A DNA stretch of 48,149 bases from positions 1-48,149 of the IMG/VR virus record IMGVR_UViG_3300012913_000001; one strand, given 5' to 3'. Positions within the stretch are counted from its first letter, which is position 1, and each line of letters starts with the position of its first letter. Shown piece after piece: positions 8,466-16,424 of the stretch. The stretch comes from a virus. Taxonomy: Duplodnaviria; Caudoviricetes. The position numbers and the translations under genes are program-made. Below the pieces are notes generated by a model, which worked only from the letters and a program-made list of their open reading frames with translations, was not told the origin of the DNA and did not search any database.

Positions 8466-9808
8466 GCTGCGACCTTCTCTTTCTGTGGGCCCGGAATCGT
8501 ACCGTTGAGCTGGAGGGGTGCCCCTGCCGGAAGGGCCGGTGGCGTAGGAGGTTTCGGGGGTTCGGGTTTCTCGAACTTCAGAAGACTGAAGTCGCCGGAC
8601 TCCAGCGTCTTGATCACGGATTCACCGGTGTATCCAGCGGTCACGAGAGCAGCGGCAGCCTGAGCCGTCACCAGCATCGTGTCGGCCCGTTCCTTCTCCC
8701 CTTGCCGGAGAGCCGCGATATCCCGGATGTCGAACCACAGTTCGGCACCGGGGGGCACGGTGACCAGTGTGGCCAGGCACGCGCACGCGGACCGCCACAG
8801 GGGACGCATGGTGATATCGGCAAAACGACGCATGGCCTGTTCGTAGTTGGAATACGTCGCAGCCATGAGACCTTCTTTGGTCCCGATGACGATTCCGGGC
8901 ACTCCGGACGCAATGATGATCCGGTTCTCGCCAGCAGCCTGAACCGTAGAAAAGTTCATCTGCTCAAACGTGTTGCCGATCACGGTAACGTCGGCACCTT
9001 CGTCCAGAACCAGGGTACGGAATGCGTTGTCCACTCCACCGTGCCGATCCTGGATTCGATCTCGAACCTTCTCGGCCACACCCTTGGCCAACTTCTGCGA
9101 ATACTTGATCAGAAGGTTCGGACTTGCCGCGTTCTCCAGGTACTTCGTCTTGTAACTCGTCATAGCGTTGTCGCCGGCAACGTCCCGGAGAACGGGGGTC
9201 AGCCAGGACATCCCCCGGAAACTGGCGTAGGGGTCAGGGTTCGGGGCCCAGTGCGCCACTTCGTCCACGGTGAAGAACGATGGATAGCCGGCTGTTTCGT
9301 AATTCGGGGCCTGGGGGTCGTAGTAGAACCCGATCACCTTCCGGTACTCCCGGCCGATGCTGTCCATGACCAGCTCGGAGATGATCGTGACCCATTCAGG
9401 TCGGAGCCGCACCAACTGGTCACCCGCGTCCCAGATGTACGCGTTGCCAGCCAGGTCCGCGTCTTGGATCATCCGGACGAGAAGCTCACCGGTGGTGCCG
9501 TTGGGCCACGGATTCTCCAGCTTCCGGAGAGACGTGTTCCTCCGACCGTCCGTGTTGAACGCACCGAAAAGACTCTTGTCGTTCAGGTCTCGGAAAGCGA
9601 ACTTAGCTTCCGAGAAAAGACTGAATCTCGCGAGAATCGCCCCGAACACTACAGCGTTGCCGACGTAGGCATCCATAGAACACGACACGATGGACGGGAG
9701 GATCTGCTCGTTCCCGTTGATCCCGTAGGACGTCGTGATGACTGCGGCTCCAGACGGCTCCAGCCCCCGCCCGAAGAACCGATACCGTAGATCTGACCAG
9801 AACGTCAT
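8462..9808 (-). CDS. Portal protein (HK97 family)
   Basis: LENPW, LAGNAY, LRPEWV, RGMSWL, GVPGIVIG, TYSNYEQ motifs. Confidence 0.93.
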   Translation of the reverse strand: MTFWSDLRYRFFGRGLEPSGAAVITTSYGINGNEQILPSIVSCSMDAYVGNAVVFGAILARFSLFSEAKFAFRDLNDKSLFGAFNTDGRRNTSLRKLENPWPNGTTGELLVRMIQDADLAGNAYIWDAGDQLVRLRPEWVTIISELVMDSIGREYRKVIGFYYDPQAPNYETAGYPSFFTVDEVAHWAPNPDPYASFRGMSWLTPVLRDVAGDNAMTSYKTKYLENAASPNLLIKYSQKLAKGVAEKVRDRIQDRHGGVDNAFRTLVLDEGADVTVIGNTFEQMNFSTVQAAGENRIIIASGVPGIVIGTKEGLMAATYSNYEQAMRRFADITMRPLWRSACACLATLVTVPPGAELWFDIRDIAALRQGEKERADTMLVTAQAAAALVTAGYTGESVIKTLESGDFSLLKFEKPEPPKPPTPPALPAGAPLQLNGTIPGPQKEKVAA

Positions 9809-9820
9809 TCGTACCTCCTG

Positions 9821-11338
9821 CTAGAAACTATAAACGTCCGGGTCGGCTCCACGGTTGTCATCCACACCCTTCACTACCAGGACGCTGACTACCAGAGGCG
9901 AGATGTCGCCAGCCGACTTTCGTCGGCCGAAAATCCAGCCCCCCTCTTGCCGGACCACCCGGACCGACCCCTCAAACGCCGTGGTAAGGATTCGGGCCCC
10001 CGCGTGCCACGCGTCTCCAGCGTCCACGATGTGGTTGCGGAACGCGCCACAGGCTTCGGTGTACTCACGCATTGGCACGTCCACCATGAACACGCCAGCG
10101 TCTTCAAACTGCTTACGCAGAGCCCCAATTGGTGCATCCGGGCACCACAGCACACCGCACAGTGTCTCGTGCTTCTCCGTCAGATCGAGCAACCGTTTGG
10201 CCACTCCTTCGGTACCGGTGATGTAGTCGATCACTCCGAAGTGGATCGAGCCGTCTTTCCGGAAACCTCCGACTCCAATGGAGACGTGGGTGCCTGCCGG
10301 GTTCATGTCAACGGCGAACACCACTTCGCCGTCGATACTGGATTGTGGATCAGTCTGCTTGGCCCAGAGGTTTTTGGGGATCTGATCCGGGTCCATCGGA
10401 ACTCCACCCAGTTCCGTCCAGCCCATGCGCTCGCGACCGAACTCACGGACTCCTTCCAGATTTGTCCGGAGAGTCCGTGATTCATCCTCGATCACCGAAA
10501 TACGCATCCGGCCCCGGTGAAGCGCATGGTTGGCGTGCATCCAGTTCTGCTGGTTGTCCATGGCACACCGGCCGTTCAGATCGTTGCCGTAGATGTGGTC
10601 GCACTGGAGCCCACGCTCACACCCTGGATCGTCCCAACCACCGGGGGCCTTGTATTCGATCATGATCAGGGACGGATCGTTGAGCCGACGTCCACGAGCC
10701 TGGATCGACCGAAGAAAGTCCGAACTGGCCAAGCCGGCCGACGACACGAACATGACCTGGGGATTGTCTTTACTGGACATCGTGGGCAGGAACGCACCCA
10801 TATTCGCCATGGTCAGGAACAACGCCTCATCGAACACGATCCGCTTGCCGTTGAGCCCACGCGGACCGCCGGGCCCTTCTCTGGCTACAAACGCCATGAT
10901 CGAGCCATCATGCAGTTCGATGTGCTCTTTGGACTGAATCCGGCAGATGTACTTGACTCTGCTGGACAGTTCCGGGTTTTCCTCGATCAGCCGAAGAACC
11001 GTGTTGAAAACGTCCAGTGTGGTGGACATCTTGTGCGACGTCCAGAAGATCCGATCCGGCTCCAAATTGAAGACGAAAAAGTCAGCGAGCGCAATGGAGA
11101 GCGCAACAGCTTTCGTCTTGCCGTTCTGCCGACCTTCGATCATGGCGACCTGAGTCGTCAGCCAGCGCCCTTCCGCTCCGTAACTGGCAAGACAGTCGAT
11201 GTCGCGTTGCTGTTCCAGGTCACGGGGAATCCTCATGTCTGTGGCCCAGCCGTTGACGACGTCACCGTACGTCCCCAGCCGGGGTGGAACCCAGAGGGTG
11301 GACGGCTCCAGGATGCCCGGAGGAGAGAGGACACTCAT
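9821..11338 (-). CDS. terL: Terminase large subunit
   Basis: Walker A GRQNGKT, Walker B VFDEA, SSAG, nuclease FAVD...DISP. Confidence 0.93.
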   Translation of the reverse strand: MSVLSPPGILEPSTLWVPPRLGTYGDVVNGWATDMRIPRDLEQQRDIDCLASYGAEGRWLTTQVAMIEGRQNGKTKAVALSIALADFFVFNLEPDRIFWTSHKMSTTLDVFNTVLRLIEENPELSSRVKYICRIQSKEHIELHDGSIMAFVAREGPGGPRGLNGKRIVFDEALFLTMANMGAFLPTMSSKDNPQVMFVSSAGLASSDFLRSIQARGRRLNDPSLIMIEYKAPGGWDDPGCERGLQCDHIYGNDLNGRCAMDNQQNWMHANHALHRGRMRISVIEDESRTLRTNLEGVREFGRERMGWTELGGVPMDPDQIPKNLWAKQTDPQSSIDGEVVFAVDMNPAGTHVSIGVGGFRKDGSIHFGVIDYITGTEGVAKRLLDLTEKHETLCGVLWCPDAPIGALRKQFEDAGVFMVDVPMREYTEACGAFRNHIVDAGDAWHAGARILTTAFEGSVRVVRQEGGWIFGRRKSAGDISPLVVSVLVVKGVDDNRGADPDVYSF

Positions 11339-11490
11339 TGGCTGATCACTATCGGCGGATGACCACAGTTCTCAAACCAGGCCCCACATGAACACGCATG
11401 GGGCAAGTCGTGATCAGGCTCCAGAATACAGATGCAGGTCTCCCCGTCGAGTTTCCAGATTGGACCCACCCGCCAGCCGCACTCAGTCAT
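11335..11490 (-). CDS. Small Cys/His-rich protein (51 aa)
   Basis: MTECGWRVG...CICILEPDHDLPHACSCG; stop overlaps terL start. Confidence 0.55.
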   Translation of the reverse strand: MTECGWRVGPIWKLDGETCICILEPDHDLPHACSCGAWFENCGHPPIVISQ

Positions 11491-11689
11491 CAAGTGCTCG
11501 TTTCATTGACTGAAGCTGGTTCATTGCTCGGATGCATTCAGCGAAAACTTCAGCAGACATCAGAATCCTGTCTCCCGGTTCAAGCTGTTTGCCGTGCCAG
11601 TCAATGGTGAGAAGTCCATCAGCATTACGCCACACCGTAGGTTCATGGACCGTTTGGCCGGTTCCCTCCAGGTTACCCACCGATTGCAC
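11483..11689 (-). CDS. Hypothetical protein
   Basis: GAGGGAG RBS; fits operon tiling between terS and terL. Confidence 0.55.
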   Translation of the reverse strand: MQSVGNLEGTGQTVHEPTVWRNADGLLTIDWHGKQLEPGDRILMSAEVFAECIRAMNQLQSMKRALDD

Positions 11690-12119
11690 GCTCCCTCATT
11701 TTTCTCGCACGCTCAGCCCAGTTGTCCACGACATCCTTCTTCTTCGGAACCTTCGCCTCGATCTCAGCCAGCGCGAGACTGAGCTGTTTACTCATGCTCG
11801 TGCGCGCGGCCCCGGTGATGTCGTTACCGTCCAGGTCCCGGGCCATCCGTTCCAGCAACGCGCCGTCCGGGGTGTCCAGTTGCCCCAGCTCCGTCAGCTT
11901 CTTCACGGTGGTCTTCTCGATCCGGCCCGCCCGGAACGGGGCCGGCTCCGGATCGTCCGGCAGATCCGGTGACGCCTGGAATGGAAGCTGGGACAGCGAC
12001 GTCAAGCCGTGGACGCGCGCGGGGGCACAGTCGTAGCACTTCTTCCGGTGCGGCTGATCCGTCTGGAACTCAGCTCCGCATCCGGAGCACACAGCGTCCC
12101 GGACTGTGCCCCTGGTCAT
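11673..12119 (-). CDS. terS: Terminase small subunit with N-terminal CxxC-CxxC finger
   Basis: ATG 12119 overlapping upstream stop; C-terminal LLERMARDLD...SMSKQLSLALAEI...VDNWAERAR resembles actinophage TerS; position. Confidence 0.7.
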   Translation of the reverse strand: MTRGTVRDAVCSGCGAEFQTDQPHRKKCYDCAPARVHGLTSLSQLPFQASPDLPDDPEPAPFRAGRIEKTTVKKLTELGQLDTPDGALLERMARDLDGNDITGAARTSMSKQLSLALAEIEAKVPKKKDVVDNWAERARKMRERAIGG

Positions 12120-12556
12120 CGGTAGGTGCCGTTTCTGCACCCAAAAGTATGGAATTCGGTCTGGTAGCACACGGAGCACCGGGTTCCCACCACAGCCCCG
12201 GCTGGGTACTTCTCTCGGCCCTGACGCTCGGTCTGGCTTCCGGACTCAGGCCACGTTTCTCCGGCAAAATAGTCCGGTTTGCACTCTTCGCAGACGTATC
12301 CGATTCCGGGGGTTTTGGATTCCACGTTCTGTTCTCTGCACACTTCGCACCGGAAACGTCTGTTTTCCAGTTCACACACCGTAAAGCACCCAAAGCACTT
12401 TCCAGGGCTCAGGCACCCCGGTCGCTCGGTCTGGCTTCCGGACTCAGGCTCCGTGTGTGAGATCGAAACAGTGGCGGGGTCAAATAAGCTGGCTGCTTCG
12501 TGATCATGATTTGAAATCCGAAGGCTATCGTCGCGAATAACTTCGGGTAACTTCAT
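12116..12556 (-). CDS. Cys-rich hypothetical protein containing duplicated PESGSQTER
   Basis: Four CxxC pairs; GGAGG RBS; coupled to terS. Confidence 0.5.
   Translation of the reverse strand: MKLPEVIRDDSLRISNHDHEAASLFDPATVSISHTEPESGSQTERPGCLSPGKCFGCFTVCELENRRFRCEVCREQNVESKTPGIGYVCEECKPDYFAGETWPESGSQTERQGREKYPAGAVVGTRCSVCYQTEFHTFGCRNGTYR
12225..12449. repeat. 27-bp exact direct repeat (12225-12251 and 12423-12449)
   Basis: CGCTCGGTCTGGCTTCCGGACTCAGGC twice, 198 bp apart. Confidence 0.9.
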
Positions 12557-13274
12557 CTTTCCCCTCCTTTCTCGCGTAGTAGGTAGCTGCCTGTCGTGCT
12601 TGATTCTGATTTTTATAATTTAGTTTCAAAGCTATTTTTATCCAAGATTCTCCAGTTAAGCGCAACTCATACGCTGAACGCGCGTTACTCTTTACCTCTG
12701 CTGTTGCGTTGACTAACGGATGGCACGAGTAGCAACGCCAACTGGTACCCGACAAGAAGGTCATGAACCTAGTACAGTCCCTGCATTTACGGGGAGGCTT
12801 AGGCCCTAGCACCCACACTCCACCACCCTGGTACACACTCTGCTTATTACCATTGTTCTTTGAAGAGTTGCAGTGCAGGTGGGCTAACTGAGTATTGGCA
12901 TACGAATGCTCTCCACCCACAGATAGTGGGGTGATGTGGTCCAGGCTGGCACCCATGCGCTCACGCCCAGGTATCTTCGGATCTACAGGGTCATTGCACA
13001 GTTGACAGATCCACTTATCTCTTTCAAACACAATGAGTGGATCTACAGTTTCTACCATCTGAGTACGCAGTATCATCTGTCGACGTGCAGTCTTTGCAGA
13101 ATTCCTAGCTTTATCCCCTTTAAGTTCAGTCTGCCCATACCTGTAAAGGGTTCTGCACGTGTGACTACATGTATCTGCAATTTTCCATACACCCTTATAC
13201 TTAAAAGGTTTTGAGAAAAACGAAGTAGAACACACAGCACACGTAGCGTTATCGGTAACCGTGGCTACAGTCAT
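12525..13274 (-). CDS. HNH endonuclease with Zn-finger and C-terminal HTH (putative homing endonuclease)
   Basis: CQLC...LDHITPLSVGGEHSYANTQLAHLHCN; AT-rich codon use. Confidence 0.85.
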   Translation of the reverse strand: MTVATVTDNATCAVCSTSFFSKPFKYKGVWKIADTCSHTCRTLYRYGQTELKGDKARNSAKTARRQMILRTQMVETVDPLIVFERDKWICQLCNDPVDPKIPGRERMGASLDHITPLSVGGEHSYANTQLAHLHCNSSKNNGNKQSVYQGGGVWVLGPKPPRKCRDCTRFMTFLSGTSWRCYSCHPLVNATAEVKSNARSAYELRLTGESWIKIALKLNYKNQNQARQAATYYARKEGKDEVTRSYSRR

Positions 13275-13276
13275 AC

Positions 13277-13651
13277 CTACCACTTCCTACTCTCATCTAG
13301 GTCTTTGTCGGTGACTACCAGAGTCAGGGTCTTTCGTAGCCTGTTTCCGTACTGTGCCCCACTCTGGTCACTGCATCGTGCGTGTTCAGGTTGCGTGTTG
13401 GATAGTGCGTTTATCTGAGCATCCGTCCAGCCCATGAGCTTTGCCTCATGCCGGCCCACGATGTGCCCTACTACCAGAGAGTACGGGTTCACTGTCCGCG
13501 TTCCTGGGTAGTAGCGCCCGGACGTCCGATCGATCTCGCCTCCACACCGTGCACACGGCTGAGCTGAGCGCATCCAGTAGGGCCGGACCACCTTGACCCA
13601 GTGATAGGAGGACAGGAGGGGGTCAGTCCCCTTGCTTGCTCTCCGGCCCAT
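13277..13651 (-). CDS. Terminase-associated HNH endonuclease
   Basis: CARCGGEID...VVGHIV...NTQPEHARCS; first gene of packaging operon. Confidence 0.75.
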   Translation of the reverse strand: MGRRASKGTDPLLSSYHWVKVVRPYWMRSAQPCARCGGEIDRTSGRYYPGTRTVNPYSLVVGHIVGRHEAKLMGWTDAQINALSNTQPEHARCSDQSGAQYGNRLRKTLTLVVTDKDLDESRKW

Positions 13652-13694
13652 GTGCCCAGCGTACGGCCTGGATCAAGACCGGGATGTGGACAGC

Positions 13695-13723
13695 TTGCAC
13701 AGTGCGTGTAAACGGGCTAAGCT
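13695..13723 (+). promoter_or_regulatory. Housekeeping sigma promoter
   Basis: TTGCAC-N17-TAAGCT with GTGTAAAC in spacer, followed by CCACCGACAA leader. Confidence 0.65.
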
Positions 13724-13750
13724 GAAGATCCCACCGACAATGGAGTAAAG

Positions 13751-13978
13751 ATGCCTGAACCAGTACTGCGCGTGGGTAGCAACGGAAACTGGACTAACGC
13801 GTCCCTCAGAGACACATTTCGCTGGAGAATCAGCCAGAAAGAACCGTATGAACGGCTTGCGTACGCCTATGAAGTACTCAGCCAATTTGCGTTAACGAGG
13901 AACTTTACCCGCACTCAAATGCGCGCTGTAGCTACCGGGCTAAAGCTGGGCATGAACGAGGGGGTTAACGAACAATGA
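13751..13978 (+). CDS. Hypothetical protein
   Basis: GGAG RBS, promoter upstream, ATGA coupling to next gene. Confidence 0.65.
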   Translation: MPEPVLRVGSNGNWTNASLRDTFRWRISQKEPYERLAYAYEVLSQFALTRNFTRTQMRAVATGLKLGMNEGVNEQ

Positions 13979-14595
13979 CTTACGTAGAGCGCGAAGCCTG
14001 GCTGATGGCAGCCGTAGAGATTTTCCGGCCCATGTTCGAGAACATCGGGTTTCCTCTCCCGGACAAGGTGCGCGTCGGCATGGGCTTCGGCCCGACCGGT
14101 GGACGGCGCGAAAGCAGCACGATCATGGGCGTGACCCTGAACAGGGCCAGTTCTTCCGACGGCGTGAACGAGATCTGGATCAGCCCAGAAGACGCGGAAG
14201 CCACGTCGATTCTGGAAACCTTGGGTCACGAGCTTGTTCACGTGGCCCTGGATAATGAAGACGGCCACGGTGGCCGTTTCCGGACGATTGCCACGAAGCT
14301 GGGATTTGAAGGGCCGATGGCTCACACTCCCAGTTCTGTCCAGCTCGCATTCAAACTGATCCAGATTGCGGAGAAATTGGGCCCGTATCCCGGGGCTCAG
14401 GTCAGTCTGACCAAAATCTTCGGAGAAACCGCTACGTCAGCTCCAAAGAAGCAAGCTAGCCGGATGCTGAAGCTAACGTGCACATCCGACAGTGAATCTC
14501 CGTGTCATGGATATTTGGTCAGGATGACCAAAAAGTGGCTTGATGACGTAGGCCCACCCAGTTGCCCGATGGGGCACGAATTGGAGGAATCATGA
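13975..14595 (+). CDS. SprT-like zincin metalloprotein
   Basis: LGHELVH (HExxH)...GHGGRF; C-terminal C..C..CPMGH finger. Confidence 0.75.
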   Translation: MTYVEREAWLMAAVEIFRPMFENIGFPLPDKVRVGMGFGPTGGRRESSTIMGVTLNRASSSDGVNEIWISPEDAEATSILETLGHELVHVALDNEDGHGGRFRTIATKLGFEGPMAHTPSSVQLAFKLIQIAEKLGPYPGAQVSLTKIFGETATSAPKKQASRMLKLTCTSDSESPCHGYLVRMTKKWLDDVGPPSCPMGHELEES

Positions 14596-14599
14596 GAAT

Positions 14600-14627
14600 G
14601 GCCCCGGATCACTGATCCGGGGCCGTT
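14600..14627. terminator. Bidirectional terminator hairpin, identical core to 32954-32981
   Basis: GGCCCCGGATCACTGATCCGGGGCC between convergent genes. Confidence 0.75.
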
Positions 14628-14797
14628 CCGCATTTCTTGACCTTCTGCACTGCCAATTCAAGCCCGATGCGCGCTCCGTGCAGACGAACTGCTGATACAG
14701 AGTATTCAGAACATGAAACGGCATCTGGGCACTTCTGGGTGTACCGGCTCAGAAACCGTCGGTACACCCAGAAACACGCCAGAATCAGCCATCGCAC
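14609..14797 (-). CDS. YidD-like (membrane protein insertion efficiency factor / Haemolytic domain) protein
   Basis: Amphipathic N-helix, YRRFLS, C-x5-CSEY, AVRLHG..IGL, KVKKC: the three-Cys pattern of YidD. Confidence 0.7.
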   Translation of the reverse strand: MRWLILACFWVYRRFLSRYTQKCPDAVSCSEYSVSAVRLHGARIGLELAVQKVKKCGTAPDQ

Positions 14798-14874
14798 GTA
14801 CGGCCCCCAGGATGCCGGTCAACCCGCATCCCCCGAACCGTGACCCGAACCAAGTACAGGATGTTTTTCAGCAT
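14785..14874 (-). CDS. Small peptide (29 aa)
   Basis: GAAGGAG RBS then MLKNILYLVRV... Confidence 0.4.
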   Translation of the reverse strand: MLKNILYLVRVTVRGMRVDRHPGGRTCDG

Positions 14875-14886
14875 TTCTCTCCTTCT

Positions 14887-15075
14887 TCAGCTTCTCTCCA
14901 GTCGGAGGATTTTGACTCCAACGAACGGAAATTCGCGTCTGTGCGTTCCACAGACACAAATCACACGTCCGTATCCTGCTGGTAATTCTTCATCAGTTGG
15001 CCTATAAACCATTCGGTATTGCCATCGGTCGTTACAGCCATTTACCTGGCACTTTTTCGGGTTCAGTTCATCCAT
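14887..15075 (-). CDS. Small Zn-binding hypothetical protein
   Basis: CQVNGC...CVCGTH. Confidence 0.55.
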   Translation of the reverse strand: MDELNPKKCQVNGCNDRWQYRMVYRPTDEELPAGYGRVICVCGTHRREFPFVGVKILRLERS

Positions 15076-15320
15076 GACGGACGATCCGGAACAGACGTGA
15101 TCCGCACCGATTCACCCTCACGGACCATCATCGGCTCCGATTCCGGAACTTCTTCCTCAGCAAGGCGCGCAGCCTCACGGTTGTGCGCCTCCACATCGAA
15201 CGGCTCCGTTTTCACCGTCTGAGACAGTTTGTACGCTCCGAACACGGTCAGAGCGATACTGTCCCAGATGAAGATGAATTGGAGCGGGTTTTCCTGAATA
15301 AACGTCGTTCCCTCAAACAC
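15063..15320 (-). CDS. Hypothetical membrane protein
   Basis: Probable GTG start 15320; one hydrophobic segment. Confidence 0.5.
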   Translation of the reverse strand: MFEGTTFIQENPLQFIFIWDSIALTVFGAYKLSQTVKTEPFDVEAHNREAARLAEEEVPESEPMMVREGESVRITSVPDRPSWMN

Positions 15321-15322
15321 GT

Positions 15323-15586
15323 TTAGTCTTCTCTCGGTAAGGTGCCGGCTTTGGCAGCATCGACCGGTTTCCAGCTTTTCCACCATTTCACAACGGCTTT
15401 CAAGCTGTAGACCGGCCCACACCCCAGAACCAACACGGGTTCAGGCATTCCTATCCGATCACGTCGTTTTGCCCAGTTACTGATCGTGGTTCGGCCTACC
15501 GAGAAATGCTGGGCAAGCTCCATCACTCCGACCAAATCAGCAGGATCAAGGCACGAACACACATCATAATCGTGTAAACACGCCAC
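15323..15586 (-). CDS. HTH DNA-binding protein (AlpA/MerR-like)
   Basis: LVGVMELAQHFSVGRTTISNWAKR...MPEP...GPVY. Confidence 0.75.
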   Translation of the reverse strand: MACLHDYDVCSCLDPADLVGVMELAQHFSVGRTTISNWAKRRDRIGMPEPVLVLGCGPVYSLKAVVKWWKSWKPVDAAKAGTLPRED

Positions 15587-15627
15587 AGTCTCAGTTCCTT
15601 CGGTCGGTACGGGTTACTGAGTGAATA

Positions 15628-16164
15628 CTATCCATATCCTGCCTTAGGCACAATGCGCGCCTCCAGACGGAACCGTGGTTCATCCTGATGCGTCCCCAGC
15701 GCATCGAAAGCCGGCGGATCGATCTTGTATTGCGCGAGCCGGAGCAGCGCCTCTGCTGAGTACCGGCCGATGGTCTGATTGCACGGACCACAGAGGAAGC
15801 CCCGAACGGTCTCCCGCATCGGAAGCCCCTGACGCTCCAGCCGGTGGTCATGATCCGTCGCGAGCGCTTTCGCGGCCCCGGTGGCGCGCTGGCACCCCGG
15901 ACAGACACGGGCCCCAGCGCTGTTCTGAGGCATCGTGGCCCGGACGGCGTCCACGTCGTCCGGGGAGAGCCCGTAGGTCCGGGAAACGGTCGCTGAACGC
16001 GTCTGGGCCTTGGTTGCGCGCTCCCGCTGTCGCCGGCATGTGGGGCACCACCACCCCAGCCGGGGGCCAAGCAGTTCGGTGGGACGTCGTGCGTGGGGTG
16101 TCCCCGGCTCGGACTGAACGCAGGGGTGGTGCTCCCCAGCCGGGGGGATGTCGGTGGCCTTCAT
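15628..16164 (-). CDS. Recombination endonuclease VII (Holliday junction resolvase)
   Basis: YGLS...CPGC...LATDHDH...VRGFLCGPCN. Confidence 0.85.
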   Translation of the reverse strand: MKATDIPPAGEHHPCVQSEPGTPHARRPTELLGPRLGWWCPTCRRQRERATKAQTRSATVSRTYGLSPDDVDAVRATMPQNSAGARVCPGCQRATGAAKALATDHDHRLERQGLPMRETVRGFLCGPCNQTIGRYSAEALLRLAQYKIDPPAFDALGTHQDEPRFRLEARIVPKAGYG

Positions 16165-16194
16165 CGCTACCTCTCACAGAGTGAACTTTCCTGG

Positions 16195-16415
16195 TCTGTT
16201 TTTCCCACCCAGTCCCACATTCCCACCTCCCAAGAGAGGGAGGTGGGAATGGGAAAGTGGGACAACTGGGAACTTTTTCCCAGTGCCCATTGGGACTGGG
16301 AAAACTGCTGGTCAGAGCGTTGCGCTTCCATTGGGAACAAGTTCCCAGTCGGAAGTTAGGTGAGACTAACATCCCCGTTTTCCCACCGGGATTATTATCC
16401 CATTGGGACTACGGA
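16195..16415. other. Putative replication origin (TGGGA/TCCCA repeats)
   Basis: Non-coding stretch just downstream of primase-helicase with many direct and inverted TGGGA/TCCCA units. Confidence 0.6.
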
Positions 16416-16424
16416 CAGTGACGA

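Noticed and set aside
15848-16372. ORFs across the repeat-rich ori region
   Set aside because: W/P/G-rich translations produced by the TGGGA repeats; they overlap EndoVII
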